Assembly: GCF_006345805.1 (NCBI RefSeq)
Contig: NC_043001.1
Location: forward strand, 128,650,001 to 128,714,000
Source of the DNA: Octopus sinensis
Taxonomy: Eukaryota
Direction: 5' to 3'
DNA length: 64,000 nt
Below, in pieces: positions 50,331 to 62,450 of this stretch. Below the pieces are notes generated by a model that worked only from the letters and a program-made list of their open reading frames with translations, did not search any database and was not told the origin of the DNA. The translations under genes and the position numbers were made by a program. Each line of letters begins with the position of its first letter. Positions within the stretch are counted from its first letter, which is position 1.

Positions 50331-51084
50331 TATTGAAAATAATGGAAGTTGCTCATGTTTGATGCATTTTATTTGCCAAAGATTCTTAAATCACGACTTT
50401 TGTTTACACCTTTGTAGTTGCATTTACTTTAAATGACATTGAAAAGCTGTTTTCAAAGTTATGTCAAGCTCCATTTATAGGTCTGCATTTGATGAAGTGA
50501 AATCTATCTTTAGAAATGGTAGCATACCAGAAATGTTGAACAATAAGCATTTGAGTTTGTGAAAAATATTGATGTGATGGAACAAAATGGGTTTCATTTG
50601 TGAAATGGATTTTCATTTGTGAAATCAGCACCCCAAAATTCTTGGGAAACATGTCTCCAACACTTTCCATCATTCCATGCTTTTCATATGCAAGCCAGTA
50701 GGGTTCACTCTGAGCACTCTAATTTTTTCACAGTGAACGTACCGGTTGTACAGTAAAAACCATGTTCCCTACCATAAAATATACTAATTTTATGCTTGAA
50801 AAATTAATCCAATATTTTCCACATGTAGAACAGTGGAGTTGGCTCAGTGCTGTAAGAACCTATTTTGGTTCATTAGCATTTCCTTCTTCAGTATCTCATT
50901 GCTTTTTAGTTCCAACCTTGTCATGACTAAGACAAACACCATTTTCTTTCCTTCTACACTGAGCCTGTTGACTCTTTCTTCTCCCTACTTTTTTTTTCTC
51001 TTATCATTAGGAGACAAAAATCTGTATTTGCTTCCTTGAGATAAGTTTTACTAAGAAAACCTTTACTATGTTCGTAGTAGTAGT

Positions 51085-51785
51085 AGTGGTTTCAAATTTT
51101 GTTACAAGGGCAGCTATTTTTTAGGGGAGGAGATGTGTTGATTACATCACCCTCAGTGTTTTACTGGTCCTTAATTTATCCACCCCGAAAGCATGAAAGG
51201 CAAAGCTGGCCTTGGCTGATTTTGAACTTAGAATGTAGCAATGGGCAAACTACCACTAAGCATTTCACCCAGCATGTTAAAGATTCTGCCAGCTCACTGT
51301 CTTAATAATATTAACCCTTTTGATACCAACCCGGCCAAAACCACCTCTGGCTCTGTAGTACAAATGTCTTGTTTTCATAAATATTGAATTAAAATCTTCC
51401 ACCAAACCTTAGTCACAATTTATGTTTCTAACACTAGCCGAATGATAACGAAGTTATTTTACTAAATTTTTTGTTATATTTAAAATTAATTGAAAGAAAT
51501 GTAGAGCATCTCAAAATAAATACGGTAACGAAAGGGTTAATAATAATAATAATAATCTTTTCTACTGGAGGCACAAGGCCTCAAATTTGGTGAGAGGGGA
51601 CTAATCGAATACATCAACCCCGGTGTTTCACTGATACTTAATTTATCGACCTCAAAAGAATGAACGGCAATGTTGACCTTGGTGGAATTTGAATTCAGAA
51701 CGTAGTGATGGGTGAAATACCTCTAAGCATTTCATCCAGTGTGTTAACGATTCTGCCAGCTCACCACCTCAACAATAACAACAAC

Positions 51786-51832
<47 letters not shown>

Positions 51833-52012
51833 TTCTTTCGAGTTTCAGCACAAGGCCAGCAATTTTTGAGGGATGGGATTCAACAGTTACTTGTTTTGTC
51901 AGCTTCAAATGGATGACAGGCAAAGTCAACATTGGTGAAATTTGAACTCAGATGTAATGCCATAAGCATTTTGTCCAGTGTGCTAATGATTCTGCCAGCT
52001 TGTCACCTTTAT

Positions 52013-52050
<38 letters not shown>

Positions 52051-52056
52051 TGATGA

Positions 52057-52099
<43 letters not shown>

Positions 52100-52869
52100 G
52101 AGGAGGAGGATCCTTTCTATTATAGGTACAAAGCCTGGAATTTGTTGGGAGGGAGTAAGTTGATCACATCGATCCCAGTGCTTGGTTGGTACTTAATTTA
52201 TCAACTCCAAATAGATGAAAGGCAAAATTGACCTTGGTGGAATTAGAATTCAGAACATAGAAACAGATGAAATGTTGCTAAGCATTTTGCCTGGTGCAGC
52301 AACATTTCTGCCAGTTTGCCACCTTAAAAATAAAAATAAAAATGATAATAATAAGAAAATGCAGCATACACCACCCTACCAGCACAGAGGTGCAACAAAT
52401 AATGCAGTAGAAAGTTGCTGGAAACTTTCAGATCTCAAACATTACCTTAACAGAGAGACGAGTTTCCAAAGGACTCTGGTTGTTGTAGGGAAAACAAAGC
52501 TGGACCTTTAAGGGAAAGCCTCCCGCTTAGTAGTGGATCAGTAAAAATGTAGACTGACCACAGCTGTCATCCTAATACAGTATCAGCAGATAATAGAGCA
52601 AGGAGGAGGAAGTGGACTAGCAAAGAAAACAGGATAGTGATACAGTGCTACTTAGAAAGTGAACCTAAAAGAAGAGGCTATAGAAAACAGATGTTAACAC
52701 TTTGAGTAGCGAAGGGTATGTTTAAAGTGACTGAGAAGAGATTAGTTGATGAAGCTAATGCTATTAGGAGAAGAAAGGGAATGACAGAATTGGAGGTAGA
52801 AGAGATCATAAGAGAACAGGAAAAGAAAGACCAGACCGTGGGAAAGAAAAACAACTACATAAGAGAAAC

Positions 52870-52910
<41 letters not shown>

Positions 52911-53470
52911 CTTGCTAATTTTTGGCACAAGGCCAGCAATTTCAAGGGAGAGGGGAAGTTGATTACATAAACCCCATTGCTCAACTGGTACTTATTTTAT
53001 CAATTCTAAAAGGATGAAAGATGAGGTTGACTACTGAGGCATTTGGACATAGAACATAAATCCAGAAGAAATGCTCTCATTTTCTTCATCAAACAGTATT
53101 TGAAAAAGTTGTTGAGAGCTTGGCCAGAAGAAAAGGCTCTGTTCTGAATTTTTTGAGTCTTGTCCACCATATTATCTCTTTTTCCATAGCCATCAAACAG
53201 AAGAAAAATGCCTGTCCTTCCTCCTGCCAAAGAATGCCTCAAATTTGGGGGAGGTGTGCTGTTTTAAAGATGAAAGGCAAATTTGACCTTGGTAGGATTT
53301 GAACTTGGAGTATAAAAGAATCTTAACAAAATACAGCAAGGCATTATGCTTGATTCTGCTACTCCACCTTTCTAAAAAATAAAACTAGTTCTAATAACAA
53401 TAGTTTCAAATTTTGGCACAAAAGATAAGTTGATAACATCGACCATAAAAGGATGAATGACAAAGTCGAC
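51085..53470. mobile_element. Dense cluster of SINE family C copies with (AAT)n/(GAT)n/(GAC)n tracts
   Basis: At least six degenerate copies of the family C motifs. Confidence 0.75.
52390..52860 (+). mobile_element. R4/Dong-like LINE N-terminal fragment
   Basis: RRKWTSKENRIVIQCYLESEPKRRGYRKQM..KVTEKRLVDEANAIRR..ELEVEEI, the typical N-terminus of these elements as I recall it. Confidence 0.6.
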
Positions 53471-56400
53471 TTTTAAAAAATTTTGGGGGAAAATTTTCCT
53501 ATATTTTTAGGGGAAAATTTTCAAAAATTTTTCGGGTAAATTTTGGGGAAAATATTGAAAAATTTTGAATATTTTAGGAAAAATTTTGAAAAGTTTTTGG
53601 GAAATAATTTCAAATATTTTTGGGGAAAATTTTGAAAAAATTTTGAGGAAAAATTTTCAAAAATTTTGGGGAAAATTTTCAAAAATTTTTGGGAAAAATA
53701 TTGAAAAATATTTGGGAAAAATTTAGAAAAATTTTTGTGGAAAATTTAGAAAAAATTTTTGGGAAAATTTTGAAAAATTATTGGAAAAAATTTTCATATA
53801 TTTCTGGGGAAAATTTTAAACAATTTTTGGGGAAAATTTTCAAAAAACTTTGGGGGAAAATTTTGAAAAAATTTTGGAGAAAATTTTCAGAAATTTTGGG
53901 GGAAAATTTTCATATATTTTTGGGGAAAATTTTGAAACGTTTTTGGTAAAAATTTAAAAAACTCTTTGGAGAAAATTTTCATATATTTTTGGGGAAAATT
54001 TTGAAACGTTTTTGGTAAAAATTTAAAAAACTCTTTGGAGAAAATTTTCATATATCTATGGGGAAAATTTTCAAAAACTTTAGCGGAAAATTTTGAAAAA
54101 TCTTTGGGAAAAAAATTTTGAAAGATATTATGTAAAAATTTTCCAAAAATTTTCCAAAAATTTTCGGGAAAATTTTAAAAAATATTTTGAAAAAATTTTC
54201 CAAAAATTTCAGGGAAAACTTTTCAAAAATTTTTGGGAAAATTTTGAAAAAATTTTAGGGAAAATATTGAAAAATTTTTGAGAATAAATATTGAAAAATA
54301 TTTGGGAAAATTTTGAAAAGTTTTTGGGAAATAATTTCAAATATTTTTGGGGAAAATTTTCAAAAAATTTTGGGGAAAAATTTTCAAAAATCTTTTGAAA
54401 AATTTTCAAAGATTTTTGGGAAAAATATTGAAAAATATTTGGGAAAAATTTAGAAAAATTTTTGTGGAAAATTTAGAAAAAATTTTGGGGAAAATTTTCA
54501 AGTTTTTTGGGAAAAATTTTGAAAAATTTTGGGGAAAATTTTAAAAAATTTTTGTGAAAAATATTGAAAAATTTTTGGGGAAAATTTAGAAAAAATTTTG
54601 GCGAAAATTTTCAAAAATTTTTGGAAATAATATTCATATATTTTTGGGGAATATTTTAAGAAATTTTTGGGAAAAAATAGTGAAAAATTTTTGAGAATAA
54701 ATATTGAAAAAGTTTTGGGGAAAAGTTTTGGGAAAAGTTTTGAAAAATTTTAGGGAAAAATTTAGAAAAATATTTTGGGGAAAATTTTGGGGAAAATTTT
54801 GAAAAATTTTATTGTATTTCTGGGGAAAGTTTTCAAAAAATTTTTCAGGAAAATTTTGAAAAAGATTTTGGAGAAAATTTTCATATATTTCTGGGGAAAA
54901 TTTTGAACAATTTTTGGGGAAAACTTTAAAAAAATTTTTGGGGTAAATTTTGAAAAAATTTTGGAGAAAATTTTCAAAAATTTTGGTAGAAAATTTTCAT
55001 ATATTTTTGGGAAAAATTTTAAAAAGTTTTTGAGAAAAATTTTTAAAAATTTTTGGGGAAAATTTTCATATATTTTGGGGAAAATTTTGAAAAATTTTTT
55101 GGGAAAAATTTTGAAAAATTTGAGGAAAATTTTGAAAAATCTTTGGAAAAAATTTTCATATATTTTTGGGGAAAATTTTGAAAAAATTATTCAAAAATTT
55201 TTGTGAAAATTTTTGGGAAAAATTTAGAAAAAAAATTTTCGCCAAAAATTTTTGAAAAGTTTCCCCATTACTTTTTGAAAATTATTCCCCAAACCTTTTG
55301 AAAATTTTCTACAAAATTCTTTCAAAATTTTTTCCCCGAAATTCTTCATATGTCCAGCTATCTACGCCAATATCCGGCAATCTCCGTTAGTGTCCGGCAA
55401 TTTCCGCCAATCTCCGGCAATTTCCGACAATCTCCGGTAATTTCCGACAATCTCCGGGAATTTCTGGTAATCTCCGGCGACTTCCGGTAATCTCCGGCAA
55501 TTTCCGGTAATCTCCGGCAATTTTCGGCAATCCCCGGAAAAATATTTTGAAAATTTACCCCCAAAATTTTTGAAAATTTTCGCGCAAAATTTTTGAAAAT
55601 TTTCCCGCAAAAGTTTTGAAAATTATTCCCCAAAATTTTTGAAAATTTTCCTTAAAAATCTTTCAAAATTTTTTCCGCAATATTCTTGATATGTCCAGCT
55701 ATCTCTGCCAATATCCGGCAATTTCCGTTAATTTCCGGCTATCTCCGTTAATTTCCGACAATCTCCGATAATTTCCGGCAATCTCCGTTAATTTCCGACA
55801 ATCTCCGATAATTTCCGGCAATCTCCGTTAATTTCCGACAATCCCCGCCAATTTCTGGCAATCTACGGAAAAATGTTTTGAAAATTCTTAGCCAAAATTT
55901 CCGTCAATTCCCGTCAATTTCCGGCAACGTGCGGCAATTCTCGGCAATCTTCGGAAAAATGTTTTGAAAATTTTTCCACAAAATTTTTGAAAATTTTTGC
56001 CGAAGATTTTTGAAAACTGCCCAAAAATTTTTTTAAATCATTCCCAAAAATTTTTGATAATTTTCTACCAAAATCTTTCAAAATTTTTTCCCCAAAATTC
56101 TTGATATGTCCAGCTATCTCCGGCAATTTCCGGCAATCTCCGTTAATTTCCGACAATCTCCGGCAATTTCCGTCAATTCCCGGCAATTTCTGCAATGTGC
56201 GGCAATTCTTGGCAATCTCCGGAAAAATTCTTGAAAATTTTTGAAGATTTACCCCAAAAATTTTTGAAAATTTTCGCCAAAAATTTATGAAAACTTTCTC
56301 CAAAAATTTTTGAAAATTTTCGCCAAAAATTTTTGAAAATTACTCCCCAAAATTTTTGAAAATTATTCCCCAAAATTTTTGAAAATTTTCTACCAAAATT

Positions 56401-56906
56401 TTTCCCGGAAATTCTTGTTACAGTACTTCAACTTTGAGAAGGAGAAAAGCTTCTGGGATTTTGGAAATGTCCGGCTATATCCGCCAATCTCCGGCAATTT
56501 CCAGCAATCTCCGGTAATTTCCGGAAATCTCCGCCAATTTCCGGCAATTTATGATAATTTCCGTCAATTCCCGGCAATTTTCGGCAATCTCCGGAAAAAG
56601 CTTTTGAAAATTTTTCCCTAAAATTCTTGATATGTCCGGCAATCTCCGCCAATCCCCTTTAATTTCTGGTTATTTTCGGCAATCTCCGGTAATTTCCGGC
56701 AATCTCGGATTATTTCCGGTAATTTCCGGCAATTCCCGGCAATTTCCGGTAATTTTCGGCAATCCCCGGAAAAATTTTTTGAAAATATTTCCTGAAAATT
56801 TTTTGAAAATTTTCGCCAAAAATTCTTGAAAATTTCCCCCAAAATTTTTGAAAATTTTTGGGCATAATTTTCAAAAATTTTTGGGGAAAATTTTCAAAAA
56901 TTTTGA
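53471..56906. repeat. Complex AT-tract satellite with inverted halves and CCGG-decamer blocks
   Basis: ~11-bp spaced A4-6T4-5 tracts; G-spacers up to ~55235, C-spacers after; CAAT(C/T)TCCGG arrays only in the right half. Confidence 0.95.
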
Positions 56907-56914
56907 TCAATTCA

Positions 56915-57385
56915 GGAACAGTTACTCTGTTCTTTTGAAAAGCAGTCAATCATGATATGCAATTTCATTATGGGACTCCCAATATGGTTTCACTGATGGT
57001 AGACATTCCTTCTCTTATTTTGGCCAGCCATTTATCACAATATCATGTAGTGTTGTCATACTAACACACTTTCACTGGTTGCTGTCTGAAACTGTTCTAG
57101 TTTTGTCGGTGACATGGGAATCAAGCTGATAACATTAACTTATATTAGAATTTGTCTCAGAGAGGATTGTCATGCTCATTCAGGCATGCTTTTGAGTAGT
57201 CACGGGTAAAATCCAACCCATGGTCCTTTCTGAATGGCATGTCTGATGAAAAATACCTTGAATATTTTTAGTTGTACAAACTGCCTGATGAGGAAGCATG
57301 TTCAATGTGAACTGTTTCTTGAAAAAGGTTGCCGTTGTCTGCTCTTTAGAGAGCATCGGCTACAAGTAAATCTTTCCAACAGCAA
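56915..57385 (-). mobile_element. Gypsy LTR-retrotransposon pol remnant (end of RNase H to integrase linker)
   Basis: GKDLLVADAL*R, IPMSPTKLEQFQTAT and LHDIVINGWPK..VKPYW..EIAYHD.LLFK motifs. Confidence 0.7.
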
Positions 57386-57474
57386 ACAATAACCTGCGAG
57401 ATCTCCTGTATCAAGTAACCGGCACTGCGTAGTAGCCACAGCTTCCCGCATGACTTGTGCCTCAACTGGCTCTG

Positions 57475-58345
57475 CTTTTTAACCACATCTTGTTACAGTA
57501 CTTCAACTTTGAGAAGGAGAAAAGCTTCTGGGATTTTGGAAATATCTTCTCCATGAGTAGTGGCCACTGGCTCAGAGAACAAGTACTCCTCCTTCATAAC
57601 TTCTGTCAAGGAGCAAACATAAACAAGGTCTGTGGAACATGAAGCAACATTTGTCGACTCATCCAGATGCAATGAATACACCGGACTTTTCTTCACAGCA
57701 ACACCACTTGCAGCAGAATATCCTCACTCTTGTCTGAGATCCAACTTTTGACTGTATCATTTGACAGGGAAATTGCCCTCAACTGGTGTGCCTGCTTTTC
57801 TCCAAGTATCACCTTTGTTACTTCTAGTGTGCAAGGCTTAATTGAATCTTTGCCTACATTTTTCCAGCTGAGTGGACTGGAGAAGTATTTTGCTCAAGGA
57901 CAATGCATCACTGCTAAAGTAACTTTCAGTCTCCTTTCCATAAAAATGTTAACAGACAGTCTACTGTAGTCCCACTCAGTTGAAAGGGATCTCAGTCTTA
58001 CAAGATACATGACAACTTCACTATTGCTGGTGCCATGGAAAAATCACTCAGTATACTCTGTCAAGTGTGGAGGTGCGTGGCTTAGTGGTTAGAGCTTCTT
58101 AGTCTGTGTGATTTTTGGAGCAATTCTGTATGAAGCCTCCAGCACTGCTTTGTTCTGACAAGCGAAGTGACCAGTGGAAGCTTCTTTACATGTGAAATAG
58201 TCTGAGCTGTGGCAAGATTCAAAATGAACCTTCAGTTTGCTTGGCTCAAAACCTTGGTGCAAACAGCACATTGCGGCTTGACCACAGGGTTCTGAATGAT
58301 ATTTGTGAAACCCATTTTGAGAAAGGCTTCTTTGTATGTACACTT
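57475..58345 (-). mobile_element. hAT (Buster/Charlie/ZBED5-like) transposase remnant, interrupted at 57857-58092
   Basis: PSKLKVHFE, AVLEASYRIA..TKK, IKPC..LSNDTVK and SLHLDESTNV..KEEYLF motifs in the expected order. Confidence 0.88.
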
Positions 58346-58789
58346 AGGACACAGAAGTGTATGTACAAAGAAAATAAAAATTTCATTTCACACAGGCATG
58401 AAGAGAAAATAATAACTCAGTATACACTGTAAATGTTGTTTTATTAATTGTATTAAGAAAGTAAAAGGATAAAGACGGCTTTTGGTCATGAATGACCCTG
58501 GGATTGCACCTAGAAAGTTACCCTCTGGGGCACAAGCCCAGCAGTTGCCCATGCATACCAGCCTCCCCTTTCCATGCCCCCAGATGTTATCCAAAGGAAA
58601 GGCAAAGGCTGATAGAGCTTGTCACCCGTGACATTGCAACTTAGGTTTAGAGTTAGAGCAGCAGTTCTTAGGCTAGGGGTGATGATCCTGGGAGGAGGGG
58701 AGGTGTCATTTTGCTGCTCTAACTCTAAACCTAAGCCTAAACTCAAACACTAATCTGAATCCCAACCCTAACAATTATTTTTTGTACGT

Positions 58790-58857
58790 ATGTATGTATG
58801 TATGTATCTATCTATCTATCTATACATATGTATCTCCAGAAATTTTCTTTCATTAAT

Positions 58858-58939
<82 letters not shown>

Positions 58940-59093
58940 GGTATGTATGTAGTGTATGTATGTATGTATGTATGTATGTATGTATGTATGATGTATGTAT
59001 GTACGTACGTACGTATGATGTATGTATGTATGTATGTATGTATGTATGTATGTATGATGTATGTATGTATGTATGTATGTATGTATGTATGTA

Positions 59094-59124
<31 letters not shown>

Positions 59125-59269
59125 ATGTGTGTATGTGTGTATGTATGCATGCATGTATGTATTTATGTATGTATGTATGTATGTATGTATGTATGTATGT
59201 ATGTATGTATGTATGTATGTATTTGTATGTATGTATCTATCTATTCATATCTATCGGACGCTAAACGAC

Positions 59270-59300
<31 letters not shown>

Positions 59301-59599
59301 TATGGACTTCCAGAAATCTTTCATTAGTTTTTCTTCTCTTACTACAGTTCCTCTTCATACTCTCCTCCCTAGTTTCTCTTCCAGCAGTTTTCCTTGTCTT
59401 CCATCTAATTCCACTTCTGCACATATCTCACTTTCCTTTTTTTTTTATTTTGCCATGCACTTAGGGTATAGAGCAGTACGTGCATACACACATGTATGTA
59501 TTGTGCATGTGCACATTCATATATATTATACATACATACACACACACACATACATACATACACACACACATACATACATACATACATACATACATACAT

Positions 59600-59631
<32 letters not shown>

Positions 59632-59760
59632 TACATACATACATACACACACACATACACACACACACATACATACATACATCATACATACATACACACA
59701 CACATACATACATACATATATACATACATATTCCCACATTTGTACATATGCACATACATA
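58790..59760. repeat. (TATG)n/(TG)n field followed by an oppositely oriented (CATA)n/(CA)n field
   Basis: Direct reading. Confidence 0.95.
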
Positions 59761-60244
59761 CTTTTTATCATCCTAATTTAAAGAAGCATAAAAGTTTTGA
59801 AAAAAATGAAAACACCCCCCATACACACACATACACACACACACACACAAACAAACAAACAAACAAACAAGAAAACAAACTACAAACTTAAAGAAAACAA
59901 CAATCACCACAACCACGGCAACAAAAAGAAATGATAAAAAAAAGAACAAAACAAAACAAAATAAAAAAAAATAACAACAAATAGCTTTCTTTTGTTTTGT
60001 TTCAGGCTAATATTGAAAAATCAGAAATTAAATCCTAGATTTAATTGAATTTAAATTAAATTCTAATGCATATTGTGCTTAATTAGTCTCTTTGATTCTG
60101 TGCCTGAAGGAATTTGTACATCTACACTACCATGTTTTATTTTTCTGTATATTACTAGTCTTACTGCCTTTACACTGTTTTGAGCACTAAACAGTCATCT
60201 TATACACTTATAAAAGACAATGGCAAATTTTTTTGTCAATTAAT

Positions 60245-60488
60245 GTTATATATATATTATATATATATATATATTATATATATATATATATAATATATAT
60301 ATATATATATACATGTGTGTGCGTGTGTGTTTCTGCATGTGTGCATGTATGTGTGTAGTTTAAAGTGTCTATGTCTGTTTAATCTGTCTGTGTGTATGTA
60401 TATGTAGTTAGCCTAAATGAATGACGGGCAAACTCATCAGTTTTACAACTGTGCAAATATATATTGTGTGTGTGTTGTATACATATGC

Positions 60489-60554
<66 letters not shown>

Positions 60555-60630
60555 GTATATATATATGTATATATATGTATATATATATGTATATATATAT
60601 GTATATATATATATATATATAATATATATA

Positions 60631-60664
<34 letters not shown>

Positions 60665-60770
60665 CATAGGTACTAATACAGATATACACACACATGTAAC
60701 AGTATGTCTTTAAACATACATTTATAAACTTGTATTCATGCACACACACACACACACACACACATATGCA
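60245..60770. repeat. (TA)n-rich microsatellite field
   Basis: Direct reading. Confidence 0.9.
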
Positions 60771-61059
60771 CACAGCATATGATGCATAAAAAAATATATA
60801 TCTGTCCACGTATGCATGTGTGTACAAATTTTCCTTCTAGATATGAGATTTCTCTAACAACTTTACATTAATGATAAATTACAAAGGACTCTTTATAACA
60901 CTTCAAACAGTTATAATAGTGATTTACACAATTTTAACAGAATTTCTTTCTAAATCTTCATTGTTCTCTGGTTCACTTCACCTACTGCAACCGCGGTCAT
61001 ACTGGTGCACTATGTACACTGTCTGCTGCAGCATGCTACTACCAAGTGAGGTAGTCTTT

Positions 61060-61560
61060 ACGTGATTGCATCACCTGTTAGAAATTAGCAAACAAATCTA
61101 CCTTAAACAGTATTACCTGCCTAGTCTGTTCTACAGGCTGACACAGGCGATACCCGCTAAGGTGGCGTTAGACAAATTGGATATTATTATACGAGATGGG
61201 GTGCAAAGAATGCTCCATTTCCCGGACTCGACCTCGAAAAGCTTCCTGTACAGCGCAAGAAGGGACGGAGGATTGAGCCTCTGTCAGTTGGCGCGCGCTA
61301 TACCGAAGAACGTGATTCGTAGGAATCTGTGATTGCTGGGCTCCGAATACAACGCTGTTCGCATGATAGCTCAGGCTGCCGTCCTAGCCCATCAAAACGA
61401 GGAGCTATCCGTACTGTTCGATCTACCATCTGTCCGAAATGATGGCAATCCATACGCCCCTGACCTCCGCCTCGTCCATGCTAAGAGATGGGCCTTGCAA
61501 CCGTTCCAGGGGGTGTGCGCTGCCGCCTTCAAATCGGACCCGATCGGAAACAGTTGGCTG
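61060..61560 (+). mobile_element. R2-like (RLE-clade) non-LTR retrotransposon fragment, thumb region
   Basis: One frame with a single stop: LKQYYLPSLFY..LDIIIRDGV..LHFP..FLYS..GGLSL..W..QG...SDPIGNSWL; GC- and CpG-rich relative to flanks. Confidence 0.7.
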
Positions 61561-62038
61561 ACATCATCATCGTTTTAACATCCACTTTTCCATGCATGCA
61601 TGGGTTGGAGGAATTTTTTGAGGTAGATTTTCTTAACATGTATTCACTCTTTTTAAGCAATGCTAATATCAGTTGCTTGCAATTCACTGTGAAAGCACAT
61701 CCAAGCGTCTTGATGTATTGTGTAATCTTTGTAAACAAAAGTCTCATTCAAATGCTGTACATTTGTATCCAGTTCTCTGCATAACAAGTCTGGGCTGTTT
61801 GCCAATTAAGAGATGGGATGTTATTACCTTGCTTGGAAACAAGTGAGGGTTAAAATTACTGAAGACATCCAGCATTAGAAGTCTCTGACCCATACAACCA
61901 CAAAAAAGTAGACATTAAAATAGTAATGATGATGACAATGATAATAGTGACAATAATGTCAAAGACGATGTTGATGATTAGACATTTTTACTTTGCATTT
62001 CCATGTTGGAAACTCATTTAAAAAAAAAAAAGATTATA

Positions 62039-62450
62039 GGCGCGAGAGTGGCTGTGTGGTAAGTAGCTTGCTAACCAACCACATGGTTCCGGGTTCAGTC
62101 CCACTGCGTGGCATCTTGGGCAAGTGTCTTCTGCTATAGCTCCAGGCCGAGCAATGCCTTGTGAGTGGATTTGGTAGACGGAAACTGAAAGAAGCCTGTC
62201 GTATATATGTATATATATATGTATGCGTGTGTGTTTGTGTGTCTGTGTTTGTCCTCCTAGCATTGCTTGACAACCGATGCTGGTGTGTTTACGTCCCCGT
62301 CACTTAGCGGTTCGGCAAAAAGAGACCGATAGAAAAAGCACTGGGCTTCCAAAGAATAAGTCCCGGGGTCGATTTGCTCGACTAAAGGCGGTGCTCCAGC
62401 ATGGCCGCAGTCAAATGACTGAAACAAGTAAAAGAAGAAAGAAAAAAGAA
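62039..62450 (+). mobile_element. SINE family A
   Basis: Same head, body and tail. Confidence 0.92.

Noticed and set aside
53689-56949. K/F/I/N-rich and CRKLPEIAG-repeat ORFs
   Set aside because: They are translations of the satellite on both strands; no splice signals or domain motifs.
57240-57300. Additional hammerheads at CTGATGA matches (57243, 57285) and CTGAAGA matches (29085, 43761, 61859)
   Set aside because: No correctly placed GAAA, stem III or stem I pairing.
60006-60038. Plus-strand terminal exon ANIEKSEIKS* behind a strong acceptor (similar isolated candidates near 32717, 37467, 48056, 50417)
   Set aside because: No homology recognised and no phase-consistent chain; pyrimidine tracts plus AG are common in this AT-rich DNA.
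61000-61560. Bacterial contamination or HGT gene suggested by high GC
   Set aside because: The translation fits an RLE retrotransposon thumb region and is flanked by native repeats.
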